Source of the DNA: an uncultured candidate division WWE3 bacterium
Lineage (GTDB): Bacteria > Patescibacteriota > WWE3 > UBA101185 > UBA10185
Direction: 5' to 3'
DNA: 64,000 nt
NCBI GenBank assembly: GCA_938004185.1
Contig: CALKWN010000065.1
Location: forward strand, 633,943-697,942
Under the pieces are notes generated by a model. The model was not told where the DNA came from, ran no database searches, and worked only from the letters and a program-made list of their open reading frames with translations. This document shows, piece by piece, positions 28,448-38,233 of the stretch (positions within the stretch are counted from its first letter, which is position 1; each line of letters starts with the position of its first letter). Made by a program: the position numbers and the translations under genes.

Positions 28448-29230
28448 ATGGAAGGCCAGAATTTGGTATCCAGACCTTGCGACTGGTGCAGTCGTGGTGG
28501 TGTTGTGGGGGATGGTAATGGGTGGTTCCGGGACAGTGACGTAGACTTCAGCAGTCGAGGTTACAGCGGAATTCCTGTATGCGGTGGTTGTGGAGGTCTT
28601 GGGGTGCAGTACGACACACCTGACTTCGCGCAAAGAACCAAACGCATAATGGAATTACGTTTCGAGTTTCATCCAACGGATGCCCTACCCGATCCACCTG
28701 AAATACTGCTATACCTAACGCTTAAAAAACTCATAAAAGAAGTGAGGGATCTTGTGGAAAAATATCCGACAGAGAACAAAAGCTGTTATGCACAAGTAAT
28801 TTCGGACGGCAGGCTTGATAAGGTTCTTGAGCTACTAAAAGTAGAAGTGGACGCCATGATAGATACTTTGGAAAATGACGAGCCTCCTCCCGAAGCTGTA
28901 GAAATGCTTCCTGCTTTGAAAGCCGTTTACAGCGGTGAGGTGGACAAGGGACTGGAATACATGTTGAAAATTTTGGAAAATAATCCGAACGATTCATTGT
29001 ATGTCCACGATTACGGTATTCTACTTTTACGGTTTAAGCGGGATGCGGAGGGCGCCTTAGCTCAATTTATCAAAGCAACAGAGCTAGAGCCGAAAAAAAC
29101 CGATCATTTCTTTGATGTTATTAGGCTTTTGAGCTCTCTAGGCAGAAACGCCGAAGCGGAAGAATACCTGGAAAAAGCTAAAACTGCCCCTGATTATAAA
29201 GATGTTGTGACCGAAATGATCGGAGAATAA
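28448..29230 (+). CDS. TPR protein with N-terminal CxxC zinc-finger-like motif
   Basis: CDWC...CGGCGG; C-terminal TPR-like repeats. Confidence 0.65.
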   Translation: MEGQNLVSRPCDWCSRGGVVGDGNGWFRDSDVDFSSRGYSGIPVCGGCGGLGVQYDTPDFAQRTKRIMELRFEFHPTDALPDPPEILLYLTLKKLIKEVRDLVEKYPTENKSCYAQVISDGRLDKVLELLKVEVDAMIDTLENDEPPPEAVEMLPALKAVYSGEVDKGLEYMLKILENNPNDSLYVHDYGILLLRFKRDAEGALAQFIKATELEPKKTDHFFDVIRLLSSLGRNAEAEEYLEKAKTAPDYKDVVTEMIGE

Positions 29231-29406
29231 ATCGATCAGAATTAAGCAATTGCGGCTGCCTATTTACATACAAAGTAATAGCAGCCGCACTATTTTCGCC
29301 AAAAACCGTATCTTTAATACTAGTCGAAACTTTATCCTGTAGCTTTGCGCAGGAATACCTAACGTTGTATAATCACCAAAACTCAAACAATAGAAGGAGA
29401 TGAAAA

Positions 29407-29742
29407 ATGCAAGACTTAAAAAAGTACTGGTCAATTACTGTTATTGTGTTGGTAGCCGTAGCGGCTACAACGATCGCCGGATGGGTCAGTGTCGTAAAGC
29501 CCGAGCTGTATCTCAAAGAAAGTATCGGATCTGCTTTTTGGTATTTACCGGGTTGGATCCTTATTATCATGTGGGCTATAAATGGGACAAAAAAGCTTAA
29601 CCGACCTCTGGTTGCACTAAGTGCGGTGGTAGCGTATGCGCTTAGTATTCTGTTGCTTTTTGCTCCGGCTCTGCCTCCATCCTTTTACTGGTACTATCCG
29701 ATCGGCATTTGGTTTTTTGTTGTGTCAGTATTTTTTAGCTAG
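29407..29742 (+). CDS. Hypothetical 4-TM protein
   Basis: SD AGGAG; hydrophobic. Confidence 0.65.
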   Translation: MQDLKKYWSITVIVLVAVAATTIAGWVSVVKPELYLKESIGSAFWYLPGWILIIMWAINGTKKLNRPLVALSAVVAYALSILLLFAPALPPSFYWYYPIGIWFFVVSVFFS

Positions 29743-30061
29743 CAGAACAAGAACCGTTTAATGCCCTATTTTATTGCCTGTTCCAACTAAAAATTTTGGG
29801 AAAGGACAGGTCCAGCAACGCCTTAAGATATTAACAAACTTAAGGCGTTTTTTCTTTTGTGCCGCTTTTAAGAAATTTTTTAGAAAACATACCTTCCCAC
29901 TATACGAGATCAACAAACCTGCTGTAATATATGTTTATGTCATTAATAGTAATAGAGATAAAAAAATTCATTCAGAAGTATCCTTTTGCAGTTGCTGTTA
30001 TAGCAATAGGAATTATTGTTTTGATAGCTTTTAACTAATCCCAAACCACCCCTTATCGGTC

Positions 30062-30100
30062 ACACTATAGGTTGACGGATGGGGGATTTTGTTGTAAAAT
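30062..30100 (+). promoter_or_regulatory. Sigma70 promoter carrying ACACTATAGGTTGAC motif
   Basis: TTGACG(30072)-17-TAAAAT(30095). Confidence 0.75.
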
Positions 30101-30142
30101 TCACGGGTCGCTAAAATCAAGAGATAAATAGAGGAGGTACTA

Positions 30143-30664
30143 ATGAAGGCAAAAATGATTTTTTTGTCTGTTTTTGTCGTTTTGGCCATTTTGGCCGCGG
30201 GTGTGAACAATGTTTCCGCTTCCTCGGGGTACGGAAACAACGAATGTCCAGATGGGTCAAAGGAAGGACATTTTTGTGCTTTGTCGGTCGGCAATCCTGA
30301 AGACGGGAAACCAGCTGCAGAGTGGGCCAACCCAAGCTGTGCGGTTTTAAAGATGTTCGAAGATGAAAAAGGGTGGGAACTAAGGTTTACGGAGAATTGC
30401 TCTGCTCAGCCCCCGACCCCAATTCCAACGGAACAACCAAAACCCACAGAGCAACCTAAACCAACACAACCTGCGGAAGAAACTGATGTAAATCAACCAT
30501 TAGTCGTCACAAATACGACTCAATCATGCAATGATGAATGTATCTGCATTGAGTACGGACCGAGCACCCAAGAATTCATCGAAAGAATGGTAGACAAAAT
30601 ATCAGATCTTCTTCGAGATCTAGTAAAAATGATCGTCGACGCAATAATCGCGATCAACACATAG
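30143..30664 (+). CDS. Secreted protein with PTEQPK repeats
   Basis: Signal peptide, Cys pairs, Pro/Thr linker; SD GAGGAGG. Confidence 0.7.
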   Translation: MKAKMIFLSVFVVLAILAAGVNNVSASSGYGNNECPDGSKEGHFCALSVGNPEDGKPAAEWANPSCAVLKMFEDEKGWELRFTENCSAQPPTPIPTEQPKPTEQPKPTQPAEETDVNQPLVVTNTTQSCNDECICIEYGPSTQEFIERMVDKISDLLRDLVKMIVDAIIAINT

Positions 30665-30867
30665 CGACAAACAAAAAAGGCAGCTGCAAAAGAGATAAAG
30701 TTAAAAACTTTACTCCCAAAGCAAGCTGCCTTCTTCTTTTATAACCTAGCCTTTCGATAAAATACGAACATTACCCCATCACGAAATGCACCCTTCAAAT
30801 TTTACCCGACCAAATAAGTGTCCTATAATAAACTCAACCAAATTTTAAATCCAAGGAGGTGTTTTAA

Positions 30868-31539
30868 ATGTCCAAATTTATTTCAGTAATTGCTATAGCT
30901 GCCTTAGTAACAACAACCGGCGCGGTTCTTGCCCAGGGTGGGTCCAGTCAGGGAACACAGCAACAAAACAGAGTGCAAGACCCTACAACCCACGAGGATG
31001 GCACAGGAGGTACGGGTAATCAATATCAAAACGCTATACAAAATCAGGGCGAAACCCCTCAAATCAGAGCTAAGGAACAGGAAGGTCTTTTAGACGGCCA
31101 AGCCGGGCCTCAAGGATCGGCGGCAAGACAACAGATGAACATGGCCGGTCAGAAAATCGATGAGATTATAAATGCTCCCGGATTTCAGGGAGAAATCGGC
31201 GAACAAATAAAAGGCGTTGCGAAAGCCCAGAAACAGGCACAAAACGGAGCCTTGTTGGAGATAAACAAACTAGAATACAGAAACGAAATTGTTAAAAAAA
31301 TACTTGGCCCGGATTTCATGGCAATAGATAGCCTGAAACAGCACATGGAACAGAACAGACAAAGAATACAGGTTTTGCAGGAGTTGGCGAACAAAGTACA
31401 GAATCAAGCCGACCAAACAATGCTTCAGGAAGCTATACAGGCAATAGTAAACCAGAACACGGCACTCCAGGAACAGATACAAACGGAAGAAAGCACTGTT
31501 AGCATTTTCGGCTGGCTAATGAAGTTCTTGTCTAAATAG
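30868..31539 (+). CDS. Secreted Gln-rich coiled-coil protein
   Basis: Signal peptide, Q-rich, ends SIFGWLMKF. Confidence 0.7.
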   Translation: MSKFISVIAIAALVTTTGAVLAQGGSSQGTQQQNRVQDPTTHEDGTGGTGNQYQNAIQNQGETPQIRAKEQEGLLDGQAGPQGSAARQQMNMAGQKIDEIINAPGFQGEIGEQIKGVAKAQKQAQNGALLEINKLEYRNEIVKKILGPDFMAIDSLKQHMEQNRQRIQVLQELANKVQNQADQTMLQEAIQAIVNQNTALQEQIQTEESTVSIFGWLMKFLSK

Positions 31540-31722
31540 ATAAAATACAAACAACATTTTAGATTTAACCTCTAAGATGTTGTTTTTTTGTGTCAAAAAC
31601 CTAGTTTTTATAATCACAAACCCCTACCATCACTTTCAGATAAAAGACTTATAGTTTACCCAGAATCGTTATCGTGCTACAATCCACAAACACAAAAAAC
31701 TACTAATAAAAGGAGAGCAGAC

Positions 31723-32109
31723 ATGGAATTTTTAACTGCATTTGCGTACGTTATGGTTGGTGTAGTGGCAGGTTTTGCCTTGGGACACCTATGGACTAAA
31801 TATTACTGCTGTAAGCCGCATATGGAATACTCCGAATTTAAGGAAATTTTCAGAAACAGCAAAAGTTCCACTGCCGTAGTCACAAGCCTGTCAAAAATGT
31901 TTGCGGGAGAAATTCCGTACCCGCGTTGGAACGATATCTTAAGAGTGTACGGACACACTAAAGAAGAAGACATCTACCCGATTGAGTTTTTGGCACTCTG
32001 GGTGTTTGCCGAAAAATATAAAAAAGAAAAATATATTTTACGGAAATATCCTAACTGCAAAGAAACGGCAGAAAAAATCAAAAGGGGTGAAACTATAAAT
32101 AAAACTTAG
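31723..32109 (+). CDS. Hypothetical membrane-anchored protein
   Basis: SD AGGAG; N-terminal TM; terminator at 32126-32165. Confidence 0.65.
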   Translation: MEFLTAFAYVMVGVVAGFALGHLWTKYYCCKPHMEYSEFKEIFRNSKSSTAVVTSLSKMFAGEIPYPRWNDILRVYGHTKEEDIYPIEFLALWVFAEKYKKEKYILRKYPNCKETAEKIKRGETINKT

Positions 32110-32274
32110 TTTCTCTCCAAAAACCGCACCTGTGAATTTACAAAAAAATCACGGGTGCTTTTTTTATTCCCCGGTGATATATTAACCCCAATACCCAAGA
32201 TTCCAATCAAGGAGCGAGAAAATATTTCTTAAACAAAACTTAATAGCCCTTTGACAAATAAAAAGGAGGAGATG

Positions 32275-33288
32275 ATGGCCGGAAAACACTCTCTGAGGTT
32301 GAGCAAAAGCTCTGTCGGAATGTATCTTCAGTGCCCTAAAAGTTATTGGTTTTCTAAAAAACTGACCTCGAAAACCGATTATCCAAGGCTTATGGGAACT
32401 GAAATACATAAATTTATTGCCAAAATGCACTCGTCCAATAAAAACCCTCTCTATTTCAAAAGCATAAACAGTGCGAGAAAGGCATGGTTTTGGACATGGC
32501 GTACGGCGTTGGAAGAAAACAACGAAAAAATGGTGAGCAGATCTAAGGAAATGGACGATGACTACGGCAAAGCCGGATGGTTCTGTGTCTACAACTACTG
32601 GAGACAAAACTTAAACAAACCGACTCCCTTTATGGTAGAAAAAAGGTATGAGCACCCACTTTTCCCTAGAGTCAACTTCGTGGGAATATTTGACCAGATA
32701 AGAAAAATGGACATCGAAAAAATTGCCGAAATACGACCCGAAATCGTTAAAGACGGTAAACTTGAAGAAGGATACGCACCGGTGGTTATAGTCGACTGTA
32801 AAACCGGAAAAGGTTCATATGACCCGAGACGGTATAACCCTGAAATAACCCCTATACAGCTGGCGGCCCATCAATTCGAGCTTCACGAAGATCTACAAGT
32901 TACGGCGTATTACTGGCTCTATTACCAAATCCATAAAAAAATACCGGTAGCTTTCTACTGGTATCACCTAAGAGACGGTAAGGCGTTCATGACGTATAGA
33001 ACCAAAAAAGATTTCAACACTTTTCTTGAAATAATGAACCATGTTGTTGACGGAATAAAAGCTGAGTCTTATCCGAAACATCCGGGAAATCACTGCAAAA
33101 GGTGTGACTATTTTAAGGAGTGTGCAGAACTACGTGAAGATCGACCGCTCATGGCCGTTGAACCTACAGACGGAATAGATACTGGCGGGAAAAACCATTT
33201 CTGGCCAAAAATTCAGGTATCGGGACCGGAGCAATTGCGTTTCAATTTTCGCCCTCCCCGAACACCGAGAAAGCTTACAAAGAAGTGA
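32275..33288 (+). CDS. PD-(D/E)XK nuclease, RecB/Cas4-like with 4-Cys cluster
   Basis: YLQCP, GTEIH, GIFD...IVDCKTG, QVTAY, CKRCDYFKEC. Confidence 0.85.
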   Translation: MAGKHSLRLSKSSVGMYLQCPKSYWFSKKLTSKTDYPRLMGTEIHKFIAKMHSSNKNPLYFKSINSARKAWFWTWRTALEENNEKMVSRSKEMDDDYGKAGWFCVYNYWRQNLNKPTPFMVEKRYEHPLFPRVNFVGIFDQIRKMDIEKIAEIRPEIVKDGKLEEGYAPVVIVDCKTGKGSYDPRRYNPEITPIQLAAHQFELHEDLQVTAYYWLYYQIHKKIPVAFYWYHLRDGKAFMTYRTKKDFNTFLEIMNHVVDGIKAESYPKHPGNHCKRCDYFKECAELREDRPLMAVEPTDGIDTGGKNHFWPKIQVSGPEQLRFNFRPPRTPRKLTKK

Positions 33289-33388
33289 GTACTAAAAAAA
33301 GGCACCTAAGTTTTTTATAAACAAGGGTGCCCTTTCCTTTTTGTTATAATGCGCGTATAAATAGTTTTTTCAGAGGAGGTGATTTCTT

Positions 33389-33691
33389 GTGAAAGGATTT
33401 CTGGATTTCGTAAGAGAACAGGGTGTTGTGGGATTAGCGGTAGGTTTTATTTTGGGAGGAGCGGTTTCAAAATTAGTAGCTTCGTTGGTAAGTGACATTG
33501 TCAGCCCCTTACTGGCACTGGCTCTAAAAAATATTGAAAACCTGCAGGGAGCTTATCTGCAAATAGGACATGCAAAACTTATGTGGGGCAACTTCCTGAA
33601 CGTACTTATCGATTTTATTGTTGTAGCTTTAGTTGTATATGTCGGGGTAAAAGTTCTTAAACTTGACCGTCTTGACAAGAAAAAGTCTTAG
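33389..33691 (+). CDS. mscL: Large-conductance mechanosensitive channel (short)
   Basis: GVVGLAVGFILGGA, SLVSDIVSP, GNFLNVLIDF. Confidence 0.9.
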   Translation: MKGFLDFVREQGVVGLAVGFILGGAVSKLVASLVSDIVSPLLALALKNIENLQGAYLQIGHAKLMWGNFLNVLIDFIVVALVVYVGVKVLKLDRLDKKKS

Positions 33692-33695
33692 AGGC

Positions 33696-34658
33696 TTAAC
33701 CTCTATTTGCAGCTAAAAACTCGATAGCCAAAAAACAAACGTAAATTACTAAAAGTATTATGCCTTCTTTTCTTGAAATTGTGTTTTTGGATCGGGCAAA
33801 AAAGTAAAAACATATGAGGGCGATGAGTATGAAAACCAAGCTTTGAATAAAATTATTTTCAACAACCACTTTTCCGCCGTTCATAAAAACCAGACCTCCG
33901 AACAGCAGCGTATTCGCCGAAGCTGAACCTATGTAATCACCGAAGGCAACATCTTTTTTGTGCTTCTTTATACCCCGAACAGCAAGTAGTAATTCCGGAA
34001 GATTGGTACCTAAAGATAAAACTACGATACTGATCAAAAACGGGGAGATACTTAGCAGCCCCGAAAAATACAAAGTCTCCTTAACAATATATTCGCTTCC
34101 GATAAAAACCAACACCAAACCGCCCAATATTTTAAGCAAATTTATAATATGTACCCTACCGTCGTTTTGTAGCGACGCCTGCAGAGACTCGATTTTTTCC
34201 ACTATATTCTGTTTTCTCTGAACCATGTAAAGGGTCGAAATATAAAGTAGGATCATTAAAATCGCTTCAAAAGTTCCTACTCTTTTATCGGCTACTAAAA
34301 GCGCGGGAGCAATCGTTACGATCATTGTGGCAAGCAAACTCCTGCTATCCATGCTATGACTTAGATTTATTCCGTTCCCGAAAACAGCCAACAAAGGAAT
34401 TATCAATAAAAACATTACTACAACGCCGCCCAATAAATTTCCTACAAAAATCTGGGGGTCGCCTTCAACAACAGAGGTAATACCCACAGCAAGCTCAGGA
34501 ATGGAGGTAAGAAGGCCCAAAACAAAGAAAGACAAAGCAAAAGTGGATATTTTGAGCATTTTCGACGCTTTTTCAACTGCAGATATGATAAGACCGGCGC
34601 CTGACCATAAAATGAAAAACATAAAAACATAAATTAAAACACGGAGCAGAATGTTCAT
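33696..34658 (-). CDS. Na+/Ca2+ antiporter (YrbG family)
   Basis: Alpha repeats TSIPE...GNLLG and GTNLPE...GDYIGS. Confidence 0.88.
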   Translation of the reverse strand: MNILLRVLIYVFMFFILWSGAGLIISAVEKASKMLKISTFALSFFVLGLLTSIPELAVGITSVVEGDPQIFVGNLLGGVVVMFLLIIPLLAVFGNGINLSHSMDSRSLLATMIVTIAPALLVADKRVGTFEAILMILLYISTLYMVQRKQNIVEKIESLQASLQNDGRVHIINLLKILGGLVLVFIGSEYIVKETLYFSGLLSISPFLISIVVLSLGTNLPELLLAVRGIKKHKKDVAFGDYIGSASANTLLFGGLVFMNGGKVVVENNFIQSLVFILIALICFYFFARSKNTISRKEGIILLVIYVCFLAIEFLAANRG

Positions 34659-34744
34659 TAGTTAATTATCAGGAAAAAATGAGAATATTCAACCGTCGTA
34701 ATCATTTTTCCCCGTCACAACAACTTTAGCAACCAGCCCTAAAA

Positions 34745-35293
34745 CTAAATAACAAGATTTCTTAGCAAAAAACCACCGTAAGCAAACATAAAAGCTCCTA
34801 TCGCATTGGCTACTAGAGCTGTCCAGATATATTTCCATACAGGAACTTTATACATTCCCGCAATAATGCTTACTGCCTTGCCACCGTATCCCGGGATAAA
34901 TCGACCTAAAATCAAAAAAATCCAGGATCTTACTGGAAATTTCTTTTTAATAACGGGCACGGTAAATGTCTCGCCCTCGGTACCTGAGACGTCTCTTACC
35001 TTTAATCCGACATAATACTCTATCAAAGCGGCGATAGTATTTCCTACTGACGCTATTAGAGTTCCTGCTAAAACACCGTAAACTAAACCATTAACGAGGG
35101 TAAGAGAATCTGTGTTTACCGGGGTAACGCTAAGTAAAGCGTACAAAACCAAACTAACAATGGGTCCGAAAACTCCTGCGGATATTAAAAAGGCTTCGAG
35201 ATCATCAAAATATTTTAAAGCAAAATAAACTACAACTCCCGTAATAAGAATACCGATAATACTCCAAAAAGCGGTTTTTCTGCGTTCGTTCAT
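34745..35293 (-). CDS. VTT/DedA (TVP38) membrane protein
   Basis: GLVYGVLAG, GRFIPG, AGMYKVP. Confidence 0.75.
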   Translation of the reverse strand: MNERRKTAFWSIIGILITGVVVYFALKYFDDLEAFLISAGVFGPIVSLVLYALLSVTPVNTDSLTLVNGLVYGVLAGTLIASVGNTIAALIEYYVGLKVRDVSGTEGETFTVPVIKKKFPVRSWIFLILGRFIPGYGGKAVSIIAGMYKVPVWKYIWTALVANAIGAFMFAYGGFLLRNLVI

Positions 35294-35361
35294 ATACCAA
35301 ATTATACTTCAAAGAAACACACCAAAGAACGGGTAAAAATTCTGCTATACTCTGCATAAGT

Positions 35362-36972
35362 ATGGGAACAAAAACCAAGATTGTGCTTTTTCTTATATTA
35401 ATAACTTTTCTGGGACTTTTTTTTCGTCTTTGGAATATTAATTTTGGTCTTCCTCATAGCTTTTACGCCGACGAACCCGAAATTGCCGAACTCGCCATTA
35501 AATATACTTACGAAATAAAAAATATTGTTTCCGAAGGAAATTACTACAAACTTATTCCGATTTCGTATGTATACGGAACTTTTCCCTCTTACCTTTTTAC
35601 GATTTTCACAATGGGGTTCAGCAAAATTTCAAATGTTATAGGAGATCCTGCTACAAAGTACGGCTTGTATGTGGCTATGAGGGTATTTAACGCAATTTTA
35701 AGTTTTTTAATAGTGCCGACTGTTTCTTATATTTTTTACAAACTCACCAAAAAAACAAAGCTTTCTCTTGTTGTTTATTTTCTTCTTGCACTGAATTGGA
35801 AACTTATTGTGCACGCTCACTACATCAATGCCGACATAATTTTAACGCTCCTACTTTCGTTGTCTTTTTTAACCACACTTCTCTATCTCGAAAAGCAAAA
35901 AGAAGATACCCTGCTGACATTAATTACGGGGGCTTTGCTTGGCCTAGCCATAGGCACTAAAATCACCGCACTTATATCTCTGCCTCTCTTCCTTTGGATT
36001 TTTTATAGTAAAGGTCGGTTGATGAATGTGCTCGGCCTTTTCTTCGTCGCGCTAACCGCCTTCGCCCTCTCAAATCCGTTTTCGCTGATTTTTGCAGGAG
36101 ATTTTACCTTCAGAATTTACGAAATGATTTTTAAAGAAGCGGGGCTTGTATTCGACTCCGTCGACACAGGTGTATGGAAATATTTAAAAGCCGTTTTGGA
36201 CATGATCACACCGGCGCTAGCAGTATTCGCAATCGCCGGAGTAATGGCTCAACATATGGAAAGAGACAAAACCCATTCGTCGCGTTTTAAACTTTTTCTT
36301 TTTTTGAACATAATTTTTTACATTTTGTTCTTTTCCCTTCAATCAAGAAGAGTCGATAGGTGGATTCTTCCGGTTCTTCCTATTATTATTTGTTTTTCAG
36401 CTTGGGGATTCGAAAAAACCCGCCCGAAAAAATGGTTAAGACGATTTGTGTTTGCAATAATTTTTATTACTTATATTTATTACCCTGCGCTACTGCTCAC
36501 TCAATTTCAAAGATGGACTCCGAAGTCCGCCGCTTATTTATGGGCCAAAGAAAACATACCCGAAACCACATCGACTTTGGTATACACAGAAGAAGGGCTT
36601 GACCCCATGAATAAACTTTCCGGAGCAAAGGTTTATCAGTACGAAGTTTACTCATCAAAGGGCGCCGAACTTTTCTACCCGAAAGATCCGGGATATTACG
36701 ATTACATTGTTATTTCATCGCGACCAATGGAAAACCACAAAAGACCGGAAGTCAAAAATACCTACCCGGAATATTACGAAAGGTGGTCTTACTTTCTCAA
36801 AGAATTGAACAACCGTGAAAAATTTGAAAAGATACAAGAATTTGAATTATCAAAACCAAATCTCATACCTTTATCTGATGTGACGATTTACAAAAGTAAG
36901 ACTAAAAAAGATTTACCGGTCGGTAGACCTGTTCCGTATTTACAGGTAATCTCTGAGTCTCTTACTCCTTGA
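35362..36972 (+). CDS. GT-C membrane glycosyltransferase (ArnT/PMT-like)
   Basis: [10 protein letters not shown]...ADE, many TMs, GLAIGTK, DRWILP. Confidence 0.75.
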   Translation: MGTKTKIVLFLILITFLGLFFRLWNINFGLPHSFYADEPEIAELAIKYTYEIKNIVSEGNYYKLIPISYVYGTFPSYLFTIFTMGFSKISNVIGDPATKYGLYVAMRVFNAILSFLIVPTVSYIFYKLTKKTKLSLVVYFLLALNWKLIVHAHYINADIILTLLLSLSFLTTLLYLEKQKEDTLLTLITGALLGLAIGTKITALISLPLFLWIFYSKGRLMNVLGLFFVALTAFALSNPFSLIFAGDFTFRIYEMIFKEAGLVFDSVDTGVWKYLKAVLDMITPALAVFAIAGVMAQHMERDKTHSSRFKLFLFLNIIFYILFFSLQSRRVDRWILPVLPIIICFSAWGFEKTRPKKWLRRFVFAIIFITYIYYPALLLTQFQRWTPKSAAYLWAKENIPETTSTLVYTEEGLDPMNKLSGAKVYQYEVYSSKGAELFYPKDPGYYDYIVISSRPMENHKRPEVKNTYPEYYERWSYFLKELNNREKFEKIQEFELSKPNLIPLSDVTIYKSKTKKDLPVGRPVPYLQVISESLTP

Positions 36973-38202
36973 GGGATGTCTGAGTTTTCTTAAAGCTTTT
37001 GCCTCTATTTGTCTGATTCTTTCTCGAGTAACTCCGAATTCTTTTCCGACCTCCTCAAGTGTGCGGGTTCGGCCGTCTTTTAATCCGAACCTTAGTTCAA
37101 GCACTTTTCTTTCACGTGGATTTAAGGATTGCAACACTTCGTCTATGTGCCCTTTTAGCAACTCGCGGGAAGCGGCCTCAAAAGGGGACAAAGTAGTTTC
37201 ATCTTCGATAAATTCCTTGAGTCTCGTGTCTTCTTCTTTACCGACGGGGGTCTCAAGCGATGTAACATCCTGGGCGATTTTTACGATGTCGTGTGCTTTG
37301 TCGGGCTCTATTCCCATAACCTTGGCTACTTCTTCGGGGGTGGGCGTCCTTTCAAATTTTTGTTCAAGTTCACGTTCGATCTTTTTGTACTTGTGAATGG
37401 TCTCAACCATGTGAACCGGCACCCTTATTGTTTTTGCCTGATCGGCGATAGCACGTGTTATGGCCTGCCTTATCCACCAGGTAGCGTAAGTGGAAAATTT
37501 GAAACCTCTTCTCCAATCGAACTTTTCCACCGCCTTCATAAGGCCCATATTTCCTTCCTGAATAAGGTCGAGAAATTGTAGCCCCCTACCCATGTGTTTT
37601 TTTGCGATTGAAACAACAAGTCGGGTGTTTGCTTTGATAAGCATTTCGTGAGCCCTGTTACCTTCCCGATCGGTTACGTCGTGAGAAAGCTTTTCTACTT
37701 CTTTCAATTCCTTATCTTTAAGTCCCATTTCTCTGGCTATTTCCTTCGGGGTCGGTTTTTTACCGTTAAGTTTTTGCAACTCTTTCACGGTTTTTTTGTA
37801 TCTTATTACTTCGGCTTTTTTAGCTAAATCAACTTCTTCGGCAGATGTAAGTAGGCTGTAATTTCCGATCTCCCTTAAATACATTCTTACCGGGTCGGAG
37901 CTGACAGTTTTATCAAGTTTAATTTGTGAAAGGTCGATGTCCTCAAATTTACTTATTTTCTCAGCTTCTTTTTCTGAGGCAACATCAAATACGTCCACAC
38001 CTGAATCAACGAGTTTTTCGTAGAGAAAATCAAGAGTCTCAAGCTCTTCTTCGGCTTGGGGAAATAATTCCAAAATATTGTCCAAGGTCAGAAAACCTTG
38101 CTTTTTACCTTTAGTTACAAGTTTGGAAATGACAGCATCAGTTAAACCGCCCTTTCCTTTTTTATTTTTAGTATTTTCGGTCTCTTTAGATTTTTTTGCC
38201 AT
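36940..38202 (-). CDS. rpoD: Primary sigma factor
   Basis: [40 protein letters not shown]. Confidence 0.97.
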   Translation of the reverse strand: MAKKSKETENTKNKKGKGGLTDAVISKLVTKGKKQGFLTLDNILELFPQAEEELETLDFLYEKLVDSGVDVFDVASEKEAEKISKFEDIDLSQIKLDKTVSSDPVRMYLREIGNYSLLTSAEEVDLAKKAEVIRYKKTVKELQKLNGKKPTPKEIAREMGLKDKELKEVEKLSHDVTDREGNRAHEMLIKANTRLVVSIAKKHMGRGLQFLDLIQEGNMGLMKAVEKFDWRRGFKFSTYATWWIRQAITRAIADQAKTIRVPVHMVETIHKYKKIERELEQKFERTPTPEEVAKVMGIEPDKAHDIVKIAQDVTSLETPVGKEEDTRLKEFIEDETTLSPFEAASRELLKGHIDEVLQSLNPRERKVLELRFGLKDGRTRTLEEVGKEFGVTRERIRQIEAKALRKLRHPSRSKRLRDYL

Positions 38203-38233
38203 GTTATTAGATTATATACGGAAAATTAATACT

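Noticed and set aside
25151-33345. Integron cassette array
   Set aside because: No RYYYAAC/GTTRRRY attC pairs recognised and no IntI; genes have their own promoters.
36940-36972. 3' overlap between the glycosyltransferase gene and rpoD
   Set aside because: Short convergent overlaps are ordinary in compact genomes.
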